From Planctomycetota bacterium (GTDB lineage: Bacteria > Planctomycetota > PLA2 > JAEUHO01): a DNA stretch of 64,000 nucleotides. Under the pieces are notes generated by a model that had not been told where the DNA came from, did no database searches, and saw only the letters and a program-made list of their open reading frames with translations. Numbering within the stretch: position 1 is the first letter of the stretch; every line of letters starts with the position of its first letter. Positions 37,151 through 46,651 of the stretch are shown here, piece by piece. Made by a program: the position numbers and the translations under genes. Where the stretch lies: the NCBI GenBank assembly GCA_965222115.1, contig CBDCTJ010000007.1, positions 1,600,001 through 1,664,000 on the forward strand. Direction: 5' to 3'.

Positions 37151-38056
37151 CTACGCGCGGCGGGACGTGACGAAATGTGCAAGCGAGGCGAGCACATCTG
37201 CGCCCGGTATCGAGCGGATTGCTTCGAGCGCACGTGATCGCGCGAGCGCGGCCTTGCGCGTGGCCTCTTTCACGCCGTAGAGCGCAACGTACGTCATTTT
37301 ATTGGTCGCATCGTCCTTGCCCGCGGTCTTGCCGAGTTCATTCGTGGACGCCGTGGCATCCAGAACGTCGTCCACAATTTGAAACGCGAGACCCAATTGC
37401 TCGCCGTAGGTGCGCAGTGCTCCGTAGTCACTCGGCGACGCGTCGGCACAAATCGCACCGCCTTGCACTGCGGCAGAGATGAGGGCTCCCGTTTTCAAGC
37501 GGTGAATCGACCGCAAGGTGTCGGCATCCGGCGTCGTACCTCCGGCTGCTAAATCGCGAACTTGTCCGGCAACCATGCCATCGCTGCCCGCGGCCTTTGC
37601 GAGTTCCGAGGAGAGCCGCCGCGCGCGTGTGTCGTTCATCGTGCTTTCGAGCAACACACGAAACGCGTGCGTATGCAGAGCATCGCCAGCGAGGATCGCC
37701 AGCGCCTCGCCGAACACCTTGTGGCACGTGGGCTTTCCTCGACGCAAGTCATCGTCGTCCATCGCCGGCAAGTCGTCGTGAATCAGGCTGTAGGTATGAA
37801 TCATCTCCACGGCGCAGCCAAACGTGAGCGTGTGTTCTTCGTTACCGCCCAAGCAGCGCGTCGTGGCGAGCGATAGCGCAGGACGTAGTCGCTTGCCACC
37901 GGCGAACAGTGAATAGCGCATGGCTTCGTTCAGGCGATCGTCGGGCCGAGGTGCCACCAACGTATCGAGGCGTTGATCGACGAGCGTGCACGTTTCGGCG
38001 AGAAACGCGCGGGCTCTTGATGGATCGGCTTCGTGGGGGATTGGGACGGTGGACAT
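37151..38056 (-). CDS. ispA: Polyprenyl (farnesyl/geranylgeranyl) diphosphate synthase
   Basis: Motifs GGKRLRP, HTYSLIHDDLPAMDDDDLRRG, KTG, AFQIVDDVLD, GKD. Confidence 0.95.
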   Translation of the reverse strand: MSTVPIPHEADPSRARAFLAETCTLVDQRLDTLVAPRPDDRLNEAMRYSLFAGGKRLRPALSLATTRCLGGNEEHTLTFGCAVEMIHTYSLIHDDLPAMDDDDLRRGKPTCHKVFGEALAILAGDALHTHAFRVLLESTMNDTRARRLSSELAKAAGSDGMVAGQVRDLAAGGTTPDADTLRSIHRLKTGALISAAVQGGAICADASPSDYGALRTYGEQLGLAFQIVDDVLDATASTNELGKTAGKDDATNKMTYVALYGVKEATRKAALARSRALEAIRSIPGADVLASLAHFVTSRRA

Positions 38057-38226
38057 CTGCTTGGGATTATGCACCCATGCAGCATCCCGCGTTCCATTCG
38101 CCGCTCCTGCGATGCGCGAACGACGGGCGAACCCCGCTCGGATTCCCATGCATGACCGCCGAATTTGGCGAGTTGACTCTTGGATCGGCCTCGCCCAGCG
38201 AGTCCCGGCGGTATTGTGGGGCCGTC

Positions 38227-40158
38227 ATGAGCTTGCTCGACCGCGTGCAGTCCCCGGAAGACCTCAAGTCCCTCACCCAGGAGGAGACAACGGCGTATTG
38301 CGACGAGCTCCGGGCGTTCCTGATTGAGTCGGTTACATCAACCGGGGGGCACCTGGGCAGCAACCTCGGCGTCGTTGAGCTGACGGTTGCCCTGCATCGT
38401 GTGTTTGACTTCAAGCACGACCGGTTGGTGCTCGACACCAGCCATCAGGTGTATCCGCACAAAGTGATTACTGGCCGCCGCGAGCGCTTCCCAACGCTTC
38501 GACAGACGGACGGTCTCTCAGGATTCATGCACCGAGGTGAGAGTCCCTACGACACGTTTACGTCCGGTCATGCCGGCACGGCGGTTTCAACCGCCGTAGG
38601 TATGGCGATCGCCGATCGTTTGCGTGGTATTGAGGATCGACGTGCGATTGCCATTGTTGGTGACGCGGCTTCCGCGGCGGGCGCCACCTTCGAAGCACTC
38701 AATCATGCCGGCGCCAACGACGCCAACGTGTTGGTCATTTTGAATGACAATCAGTGGTCGATCGCGCGCACCGTGGGCGCCATGCGCAAATACCTCAATC
38801 GCATTCGCACGCTGCCCGCCTATCGCGAGGGCAAGACCGAAGTGCTCGACGCGTTGAATCACTTGCCCTTGGTCGGCGGTCCACTCAGTCGTTGGGCGGG
38901 CAATGTCAAGGAAGCCATTGCCAACTACATCAATCCCGGTCACTTGTTCCGCGAGTTGGGTTGGACCTATTTCGGACCAGAGAATGGACACGACGCCGAG
39001 AGTCTTGAGCGACTTCTGCGCGATCTCAAACGAGTAAGCGGACCGGTGCTACTCCATGTAGTCACCGAAAAGGGGCGTGGTGCGCCGGAGCAGGGCAATG
39101 ATGCCGCGCACGCCGTGAGTGGGCGCAAGCCCGCGCCCGCGACCGACGTGGGGGCAAAGGTAGAGGCGCCAAAGGATTGCGCACCTTCGATCATCAAGTA
39201 CCAAGATGCGTTTGCGCGTTCTGTCGAGCGTGTCATGGAACACGATCCGCGTGTCGTTGCGATAACGGCGGCGATGCCCGGTGGTACAGGGCTGTCCAAG
39301 ATCCCTGCGTCGCTTCAAAAGCGCGTCATCGACGTTGGGATTTGCGAGCAACACGGTGTGGCCGTAGCTGCCGGCATGGCCGACCTCGGCATGAAACCGA
39401 TTGTGGCCATCTACTCAACGTTCTTGCAGCGCGCCTACGACCAAGTGTGGCAGGAAATTGTCGTTCAAGACTTACCGGTCGTGTTGGCCATGGACCGTGC
39501 GGGCATCGTTGGTGGTGACGGCGTCACACACCAAGGCCTTTACGACATCGCGTACTTGCGCACGTTTCCGGGCGTGATGTTGATGGCCCCTGCCGACCCG
39601 CCTGAGCTCGACGCTATGCTTCGACACGCACTCAGGCAGTCGGGACCCACCGCCATTCGCTATCCACGCGGTGGTCACGAAGACCATTCACTCGATGGCA
39701 ATGAACCCGAGATCCAGACAGGTCGCGGCGTGACACTTCGTCGCGGCAAAGATGTTGCCTTCTTCGCCTACGGCACTGCTGTTCGCGAGTGTTTACGCGC
39801 GGCGGAGCTCCTCACGCGAGACGGCATCGAGGCCACCGTATTCAACGCGCGCTTCGCTCGTCCGCTCGACACACGCGCGCTTGAACGCATCGTCGATACC
39901 CATCCACTCGTGCTCACGGTTGAAGAACACGCACGCAATGGCGGCTTCGGTGCCGCCGTACTCGAACACCTGAGTGAATGCGACCCACAACCCGCATGCA
40001 CCGTTCGCGTAATTGGCACGCCCGACCGCCTAGTACCTCACGGCGAAGCGTCCGACTGGCGCGCTCGCTTCGATATGGACGCGGCGGGATTGGTGCGACG
40101 GGTGAAGTTGGAACGTTCACGCGCTAGGGCGCGTACGCCGTCACGTTCTTCGGAATGA
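38227..40158 (+). CDS. dxs: 1-deoxy-D-xylulose-5-phosphate synthase
   Basis: Motifs GGHLGSNLGVVELT, GHAGT, GD...EALNH, LNDN, GICEQH, YSTFLQRAYDQ, DRAG, IRYPRG. Confidence 0.97.
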   Translation: MSLLDRVQSPEDLKSLTQEETTAYCDELRAFLIESVTSTGGHLGSNLGVVELTVALHRVFDFKHDRLVLDTSHQVYPHKVITGRRERFPTLRQTDGLSGFMHRGESPYDTFTSGHAGTAVSTAVGMAIADRLRGIEDRRAIAIVGDAASAAGATFEALNHAGANDANVLVILNDNQWSIARTVGAMRKYLNRIRTLPAYREGKTEVLDALNHLPLVGGPLSRWAGNVKEAIANYINPGHLFRELGWTYFGPENGHDAESLERLLRDLKRVSGPVLLHVVTEKGRGAPEQGNDAAHAVSGRKPAPATDVGAKVEAPKDCAPSIIKYQDAFARSVERVMEHDPRVVAITAAMPGGTGLSKIPASLQKRVIDVGICEQHGVAVAAGMADLGMKPIVAIYSTFLQRAYDQVWQEIVVQDLPVVLAMDRAGIVGGDGVTHQGLYDIAYLRTFPGVMLMAPADPPELDAMLRHALRQSGPTAIRYPRGGHEDHSLDGNEPEIQTGRGVTLRRGKDVAFFAYGTAVRECLRAAELLTRDGIEATVFNARFARPLDTRALERIVDTHPLVLTVEEHARNGGFGAAVLEHLSECDPQPACTVRVIGTPDRLVPHGEASDWRARFDMDAAGLVRRVKLERSRARARTPSRSSE

Positions 40159-40168
40159 GGAAAACGCG

Positions 40169-41176
40169 CTACGCCGCCGCCTGCTTGCCGCGATCAATGG
40201 CGCGGCCCTGTTCCAGAATGCGTTTCGGGGGGCTTTTGAGGTCTTTGATGATTCGTAGGAACGCCAGTACGCGCAGCATGTAGTAGCTGATATCGACTTC
40301 CCACCAGTAGAACCCTTGGCGTGTGGAAGCGGGGTAATAGTGATGGTTGTTGTGCCAGCCTTCACCCAATGTAATGAGCGCGAGACCAAAGTGATTGCGG
40401 CTTTCGTCGCCCGTGGGGAAGCGTTTCTTGCCAATCACGTGGGCGAGCGAGTTGATGGTGCACGTACCGTGAAAGAGCACCACCGTGGATACGAAGAATC
40501 CCCAGATCAGCATTTGTGGACCGTTGGTGCCCAAGTGGGGTGCCGCATGCTCTAGCCACACGCCCAGGTAATACACGCCCACAGCGAGGAGAACGGGAAC
40601 CAACACATGAAAGCGGTCGAGGAAGCGCAGCTCGGGAAACTTGGCGAAGTCTTTGATGTTGTCTTTGTTTGAGCCCTTACTGGACTTGCCCATGACCCAG
40701 CCCATGTGACTCCAAAAGAAACCGTGTTGAACCGGTGAGTGAATGTCGCCTTCCTTGTCGGAATAGCGATGATGATCTCGATGATGGGCTGCCCACCACA
40801 GTGGACCACGCTGCACACATGAGTTGCCCGCAGCCGCGAAGATGAACTGCCAAAACCGATTGGTCTTGAATGTGCGATGCGAAAAATAGCGGTGATAAAA
40901 TGATGTGAGTGAGAACATTCGAAGGAAGTAAAGCAGGGCCGCCACGCCTACCGCGATCCAGCTCGTTCCCACCCATATGATGCCAAAGCACATAAGATGC
41001 AGGCCAATGAATGGCGCCGTGCGTACCCAGTCAATCGCATACGACTCTTGGCCTTTGTCATAGCTGGCCTGGTGTGAATCGGCACTGGAGTCGAACCAAC
41101 GCAAGATGGAGCGCGCAAACCAACGGATGGGTCGAAACGAGGACGCAGTGTGAACTGGTTTCACCGATTCAGGCAT
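40169..41176 (-). CDS. Acyl-CoA (delta-9-like) fatty acid desaturase
   Basis: His boxes HRYFSH, HHRDHH and GEGWHNNHH; INSLAH. Confidence 0.93.
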   Translation of the reverse strand: MPESVKPVHTASSFRPIRWFARSILRWFDSSADSHQASYDKGQESYAIDWVRTAPFIGLHLMCFGIIWVGTSWIAVGVAALLYFLRMFSLTSFYHRYFSHRTFKTNRFWQFIFAAAGNSCVQRGPLWWAAHHRDHHRYSDKEGDIHSPVQHGFFWSHMGWVMGKSSKGSNKDNIKDFAKFPELRFLDRFHVLVPVLLAVGVYYLGVWLEHAAPHLGTNGPQMLIWGFFVSTVVLFHGTCTINSLAHVIGKKRFPTGDESRNHFGLALITLGEGWHNNHHYYPASTRQGFYWWEVDISYYMLRVLAFLRIIKDLKSPPKRILEQGRAIDRGKQAAA

Positions 41177-41424
41177 GGGGGCTCCTCCGCCATGAGGCGT
41201 GGGTAGCCTCACTAGCGATGGATGATGCCCGATTCCCCCGCGGACTCCGCGCGGATTCCCGGCGACCACCACGTCCACGGCTGGGAATCGACCTTCGTGC
41301 ACCATTCACCGAACATTTGTTCAATTGCCAGTGCCCGGCTGCTCCCCTAGTTTGGTCCATGGAAGATCGATTCAGTGCGGCAAGCGTCCTGGGGCCGAAA
41401 ACGTTAATGTGGACACCCCAGGCG

Positions 41425-41574
41425 ATGAAGAGGAAGCGGCTTCAAGGCTCATTCGGTGATTACGAGGTCGGCGAACAGCGTGCCACGGGCGGCATGGGCG
41501 CGGTCTTTGCCGGGAGAGATCCACACCTGGACCACCGGGTTGTGATCAACGTTCCGCGTCGCCATCGCGTTTGA
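41425..41574 (+). pseudogene. N-terminal remnant of a Ser/Thr protein kinase
   Basis: FGDYEVGEQRATGGMGAVFAGRDPHLDHRVVINV followed by a stop matches Hanks kinase subdomains I-II (GxGGMGxVYxAxDxxLxRxVAIK), with Asn in place of the Lys. Confidence 0.7.
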
Positions 41575-41608
41575 CGACGACGCGGATGCCAAGCGCTAGA
41601 TTCTTGCG

Positions 41609-42931
41609 TTAGTAGCGATACAAGTCCGGCTTGTAGGGCCCTTTGACCGGAATGCCGAGGTACTCCGATTGCTCCTCGGACAACGTAGTTAGCTTCACGC
41701 CGAGCTTGTCAAGGTGCAGACGCGCAACCTCTTCGTCGAGCGTCTTGGGCAATGTGTAGACCTTGCCAGCCTCGTATTCGCCGGCCTTTGCCTGCCACAG
41801 CGCTATTTGCGCGAGCACTTGATTGGAAAAGCTGTTGGACATCACGAACGAGGGATGGCCTGTGGCGCAACCCAGGTTCACAAGCCGTCCGCGCGCCAAC
41901 ACGATTAGCTTGTTGCCATTGGGTAGTGAGAACAGGTCCACTTGGTCCTTGATGTTGATCTCGGACACATCGGGACTCTGTTCGAGCCATGCCATGTCGA
42001 TTTCGTGATCGAAGTGGCCAATGTTGCAGAGAATGGCATTGTCCTTCATCGCCATCATGTGCTTGCCCGTAACGACCTTGCAGCAGCCGGTGGCCGTTAC
42101 GAAGATATCGCCAACCGCTGCGGCTTCTTCCATGGTCGTGACTTCGAAGCCTTCCATGGCGGCCTGAAGTGCGCAGATCGGGTCAATCTCGGTGATCAAC
42201 ACGCGCGCGCCAAGCCCACGCATTGACTGCGCGCTGCCTTTGCCCACATCGCCGTAGCCACATACGACAACAACCTTGCCGGCCACCATGACTCCCGTTG
42301 CGCGCTTGAGTCCGTCGGCGAGCGACTCACGGCAGCCATAGAGGTTGTCGAACTTCGACTTCGTGACCGAGTCGTTCACATTGATGGCGGGCAACTTGAG
42401 TTCACCGTTTTCCGAAGCGCGATAAAGACGAGCAACGCCGGTCGTAGTCTCTTCGCTCAAGCCGCGAATGTCGCCAAGCAGTTCAGGATGCTTTTCGTGC
42501 ACGACCCACGTGAGGTCGCCGCCATCGTCGAGCAAGATGTTGGGACCGGAACCGTCGGGCCAACGAAGTGTTTGCTCGATGCACCACTCGTATTCTTCTT
42601 CGGTTTCACCCTTCCAGGCAAACACCGGAACACCGGCCTTTGCAACGGCAGCCGCGGCGTGATCTTCCGTGCTGTAAATGTTGCACGACGACCAACGAAC
42701 AGAAGCCCCGAGTTCCACCAACGTCTCAATAAGAATGGCCGTCTCAACGGTCATGTGAAGACAGCCCGCGACCTTCGCACCTGCGAGTGGCTTGGACGAT
42801 CCGTAGCGCTCACGTAGCGCCATCAATCCCGGCATTTCGGGCTCAGAAATCTGAATGTCTTTGCGCCCGTCTTCGGCCAGACCGATGTCCTTGACTTTGT
42901 AGTCCTTTACGGTGTCTACGGCGGCATTCAT
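41609..42931 (-). CDS. ahcY: Adenosylhomocysteinase
   Basis: Motifs [58 protein letters not shown]-terminal YRY. Confidence 0.98.
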   Translation of the reverse strand: MNAAVDTVKDYKVKDIGLAEDGRKDIQISEPEMPGLMALRERYGSSKPLAGAKVAGCLHMTVETAILIETLVELGASVRWSSCNIYSTEDHAAAAVAKAGVPVFAWKGETEEEYEWCIEQTLRWPDGSGPNILLDDGGDLTWVVHEKHPELLGDIRGLSEETTTGVARLYRASENGELKLPAINVNDSVTKSKFDNLYGCRESLADGLKRATGVMVAGKVVVVCGYGDVGKGSAQSMRGLGARVLITEIDPICALQAAMEGFEVTTMEEAAAVGDIFVTATGCCKVVTGKHMMAMKDNAILCNIGHFDHEIDMAWLEQSPDVSEINIKDQVDLFSLPNGNKLIVLARGRLVNLGCATGHPSFVMSNSFSNQVLAQIALWQAKAGEYEAGKVYTLPKTLDEEVARLHLDKLGVKLTTLSEEQSEYLGIPVKGPYKPDLYRY

Positions 42932-43126
42932 AGTGCGTACTCTCCGATTGCAAGGGATGCGGTTGGTCACCTCATGGACGCCGCAGTGAATAAGGCAAAT
43001 AGTAGGCGAGGGTCCGACGCTTGGCTTGCTTGAAGACGAGCCGAAAGGAAACGCCCGTGTCCGAAAGTGCTCGCGTCGCCTTGGAAGGGGGCCCGATCGC
43101 CCCGTCGGTTCGCTACCCTACGGGTC

Positions 43127-44074
43127 ATGGGCAAGCCGAGTGTCGTCATTGTTGGAGATCGCCGCCGCAAGGGAGTGAAAGAGGGCGTTGAAGCCCATCT
43201 ACCCACGCTTCGCAAGCTTGTGACGATCGCCGCCGTCGATTTGGATGGGAACGAGGACCTCGCCCACACCCAGGCCGATCTCTGCCTCGTCTTCGGTGGC
43301 GACGGTTCGATTCTGCATGTGGCACGCCGATTGGGATCCAATCCCGTGCCGGTGCTCGGGGTCAACTACGGTCGCTTTGGCTTCCTGGCCGACCTCGCGC
43401 CGGACGAACTCGACGCGGGCATCCAACGTTGGTTGGCGGGCGATTTTTTGGTGGGTGAGCGCGCGCGCATGTCCATCATGCAAACGCGCCACGGCGTCGA
43501 GATCGGTCGCTGGCTGGCGCTCAACGATGTCGTGTTTGGCCGCGAAGACATTGGCGGCATGGTCGATGTTGACGTGGAGATTAGCGGCGACGACGCGGTT
43601 AGTTATGCGGGGGATGGTCTGATTCTGGCAACGCCCACCGGTTCAAGTGCCCATGCGCTCGCCGCTGGCGGGCCCCTGTTGGATCCCACTGTAGACGCCA
43701 TGGTCATGGTGCCGATTGCGCCTCACTCACTCGCAACGCGTCCTGTGGTCCTCAGTGGGCGGCAGCGGATTGAAGTGACAACGTCACGTGTGCGGGGTCC
43801 GGTTCGATTTACGGTGGATGGTGGGCCATCTAGCGCCCTGACCGTGGGCTGCACAGTTGCGGTGGAACTCTCCGACGCACCGCTACGCATGATTCGCGTT
43901 TGCGGTGGACCCTTCTTTGAAACCTTGCGCGACAAACTGGGGTGGCGTGGTCGCCCCTACTACCGAGGTGAAACACCAGCTCCCGAGACTTCGGCCCCTG
44001 AGAGCTCGAGTGAAGCGGTGCTGCCATCGACAGAGGATCCAGGCCGCGCTGCGTCCAAGAGGGCGCGTGAGTAA
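43127..44074 (+). CDS. nadK: NAD kinase
   Basis: Motifs GGDGS, GVNYGRFGFL, ALNDV, DGLILATPTGS.AHALAAGGP. Confidence 0.94.
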   Translation: MGKPSVVIVGDRRRKGVKEGVEAHLPTLRKLVTIAAVDLDGNEDLAHTQADLCLVFGGDGSILHVARRLGSNPVPVLGVNYGRFGFLADLAPDELDAGIQRWLAGDFLVGERARMSIMQTRHGVEIGRWLALNDVVFGREDIGGMVDVDVEISGDDAVSYAGDGLILATPTGSSAHALAAGGPLLDPTVDAMVMVPIAPHSLATRPVVLSGRQRIEVTTSRVRGPVRFTVDGGPSSALTVGCTVAVELSDAPLRMIRVCGGPFFETLRDKLGWRGRPYYRGETPAPETSAPESSSEAVLPSTEDPGRAASKRARE

Positions 44075-44975
44075 GCGACGCCAACCGTCGGCAGATGCGC
44101 GCAACGCCACAATCGATGCGGCGCTCTTTCCGCCCTCGTTTTTGCGCCTGCTGGCATTGGTTCCCAGCGCTGTGCGCCGTTTGCATGCCGGTGTGGCTGA
44201 TGGCCACCGCGTGCAACGTGGCGAAGGGGGTCGATTCTTTTTCCGTGGTCATCGTGAGTATCGGCCAGGCGATGATCTAAAGCGCATCGACTGGAATGTG
44301 GCCGCACGTTCAGGCCGCACGCTCGTTCGACAGTACGACGCGGAGAAAGACGTCTCGACCGAGGTTTGGCTTGATGGAAGCGCGTCGATGGTCCCCGGTG
44401 GCGGACACGTCACAACGGTTCGGACCGTCGCGCTCTGTTGTGCCATTGGCCTTGCCAGCGGTGGCCGCGTGCGGCTGGGGCGTCTTCAGGAGGGTGCGGT
44501 TCGCAAGCTCTTTGATGCGCGCGACGGCAAGGGTATGCGAACCGTGCTTGAGATCTTGAGCGCGCACACGTTCGAAGGTCGTGCCGACTTGGCGCGTGCC
44601 TTGCCGCTTCTCCAGCGACAAACAAAGCGCGGCGCACGCCTCATGTTGATTTCAGACCTGCTTACCCGCACGCATCCCGGCGTCTTGCAGGGCTTTGCTG
44701 CACGTTCCCTAAGAGGCGCTGTCATTCACCTACGGACACCGGTCGTGGCTGAGGCGATGCTCGGACAAACCGTTATGGCGAGTGACGTGGAGAACGGCGT
44801 GCAGCGGCGCGTGCGCATGGACGCTGCCACGGTGGCACGCATTGCAGAACGAAGTCGCACGCATGCTGATTTGTGGGCACGTCATGTGCGGTCGATCGGA
44901 CTTCACTACGTTCCCGTTTCGCCGGATCAGCCATCGGAAGACGTGCTGCGACGACTTGTATTGGAAGTGCCGTGA
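44067..44975 (+). CDS. DUF58 (vWA-like) protein
   Basis: F.GHREYRPGDDLKRIDWNV.AR, VWLDGSASM, LISD. Confidence 0.9.
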   Translation: MSKRRQPSADARNATIDAALFPPSFLRLLALVPSAVRRLHAGVADGHRVQRGEGGRFFFRGHREYRPGDDLKRIDWNVAARSGRTLVRQYDAEKDVSTEVWLDGSASMVPGGGHVTTVRTVALCCAIGLASGGRVRLGRLQEGAVRKLFDARDGKGMRTVLEILSAHTFEGRADLARALPLLQRQTKRGARLMLISDLLTRTHPGVLQGFAARSLRGAVIHLRTPVVAEAMLGQTVMASDVENGVQRRVRMDAATVARIAERSRTHADLWARHVRSIGLHYVPVSPDQPSEDVLRRLVLEVP

Positions 44976-46603
44976 CCTTTGCGGTGCCCCTTGCATTGTT
45001 AGGACTGCTTTCGCTGCCCGTTTTGTGGTGGTTGCATCGGCGCATGCGGCGTCCACCAACGGTCACGATGCCTTCGCTCATGTTCCTCATGGATGAAGAC
45101 GATGCGCGTTCACTCCCCAAGGGCCGGCGCATCGATCTGTCGCTGTTGGCTACACTCGGCGCGGCGGCATTGCTGTCAATTGCAGCGGCGGGACCACACG
45201 TGAAACGCCAGACGACCGGTCGCGTAGTGCGTATTGTGGTGGATCGCGGTGCCATGGACCCGTCGAGTGCCTATCGGCAACGCGTTGACGCCTACCTCAG
45301 AACGCTGCGCAAGTCGCTTGGCGACGAAGATCGCGTCGTACGTGTAAATCTGCCGAATCGCACAGGTGATTCGAACTATGCGGCCTATGCACGCGCACGG
45401 CGCGCGTCCGTAGAGGCACTTCGAGGCGTTGCACTCGCAGGCAAGGCCGATGTACGCGTTGTTATCTCCGATGCGTTTCCATTCGACGTGAATGCAGACG
45501 AGTCGTCGTCAGGCAGCATTCGCTGGATCGCACTTGGAAGTGACGACGATGAGAACGTAAGCATCGTTTCGGTGAATGCGCGGACAGAGTCGACCAGCAC
45601 GTCCGTATTTGTGAATGTGCGCAACCAAGGAGACGCGCCTCGGTCGGTCCAAGTCGTAGCGACTTCAGGCAGTGCGGGTGACGTCAAGCACACGACGACT
45701 GAGGTTCTGGTCAAACCTGGTGCCCATACCACCACGACAATGGATCTACCGCCGGGATTGGATCGCGTTCGCCTGCGTTTGGTACAAGTGTCGGGTGAGC
45801 CTCTGGCCGATGCACTCGCCGTGGATGACGATGTATGGCTACTCTCGAGAGAACCACTGCGTGTGTCGATCGCGTCAACGTTGCCGAAGGTGTTGAACAC
45901 GGCGATTCGCGACGCGCTTACAGCCAGTCTTGGATCCGATGGGTGGCAAGAGGGCGGTGTTGATCGAGTGGCAGATATCAGCTTTGGTGACTCAGCAAGT
46001 TCCGGGCAGGGTGACGTGAGATTGCGAGTTGCATTTGTCGTACTGCCCAAAGACGAGCAAGTTGCTATTCGTCGCCGCGCTCGTTTTTCTCAGCTCGATC
46101 ACCCGTTACTTCGCGATGTGTTGCTACGCGAACTGCCGGCACACGTATGGGCGCCGCCGAAGAGTGAAGCCAACCATGGACTGGCGTTGGCGTCGTGGCA
46201 AGAGCGGCAGAACGCATATCCAGTTATTGTGCTCGGCGATGACAGTACGTTGGCGATGTACCTAGACGCGTCGCAACTCACATCACAGTTGCTGCAACGT
46301 CCTTGGTTCCCTCTGTGGATCGACAACTGTGTGGTTCACGTCCGCGGCGATCGACGCACCGGGCCCTATCGCATCGAAGGACTGCTTGACATCAAGAGTT
46401 CAACGTTGGGACGTTCGCGGTTGGGTCCGTCAGCCGAATCGGTTGCGACTGCCGTCGCTCGGGTTCGAACAGAGCGTATTTCCCTGCGCACCCCTTGCAT
46501 CTTTGCCGCGCTGGCGTTGCTTCTTCTGTTGTGGGCAGTACCGGTAGTCGTTGCCGGGAAGCGCCGAGCCTCAAGCTCGGGTCTGCGGATCGCGTATCCA
46601 TAG
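44972..46603 (+). CDS. BatA N-terminal domain membrane protein
   Basis: TFAVPLALLGLLSLPVLWWLH...PSLMFL, N.SIVSV, WFPLW, C-terminal TM. Confidence 0.82.
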   Translation: MTFAVPLALLGLLSLPVLWWLHRRMRRPPTVTMPSLMFLMDEDDARSLPKGRRIDLSLLATLGAAALLSIAAAGPHVKRQTTGRVVRIVVDRGAMDPSSAYRQRVDAYLRTLRKSLGDEDRVVRVNLPNRTGDSNYAAYARARRASVEALRGVALAGKADVRVVISDAFPFDVNADESSSGSIRWIALGSDDDENVSIVSVNARTESTSTSVFVNVRNQGDAPRSVQVVATSGSAGDVKHTTTEVLVKPGAHTTTTMDLPPGLDRVRLRLVQVSGEPLADALAVDDDVWLLSREPLRVSIASTLPKVLNTAIRDALTASLGSDGWQEGGVDRVADISFGDSASSGQGDVRLRVAFVVLPKDEQVAIRRRARFSQLDHPLLRDVLLRELPAHVWAPPKSEANHGLALASWQERQNAYPVIVLGDDSTLAMYLDASQLTSQLLQRPWFPLWIDNCVVHVRGDRRTGPYRIEGLLDIKSSTLGRSRLGPSAESVATAVARVRTERISLRTPCIFAALALLLLLWAVPVVVAGKRRASSSGLRIAYP

Positions 46604-46651
46604 CCCGCTTTTCATGGCCAGTCCCGGCTAGACATCGAAAGTCGAGATTCG

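Noticed and set aside
42932-43100. Possible SAH or SAM riboswitch in the ahcY leader
   Set aside because: Some hairpin potential exists, but I could not match the SAH riboswitch core (GAGGAGCG...AGGCTC...CGCT) or the SAM-I consensus. An Infernal/Rfam scan would be needed.
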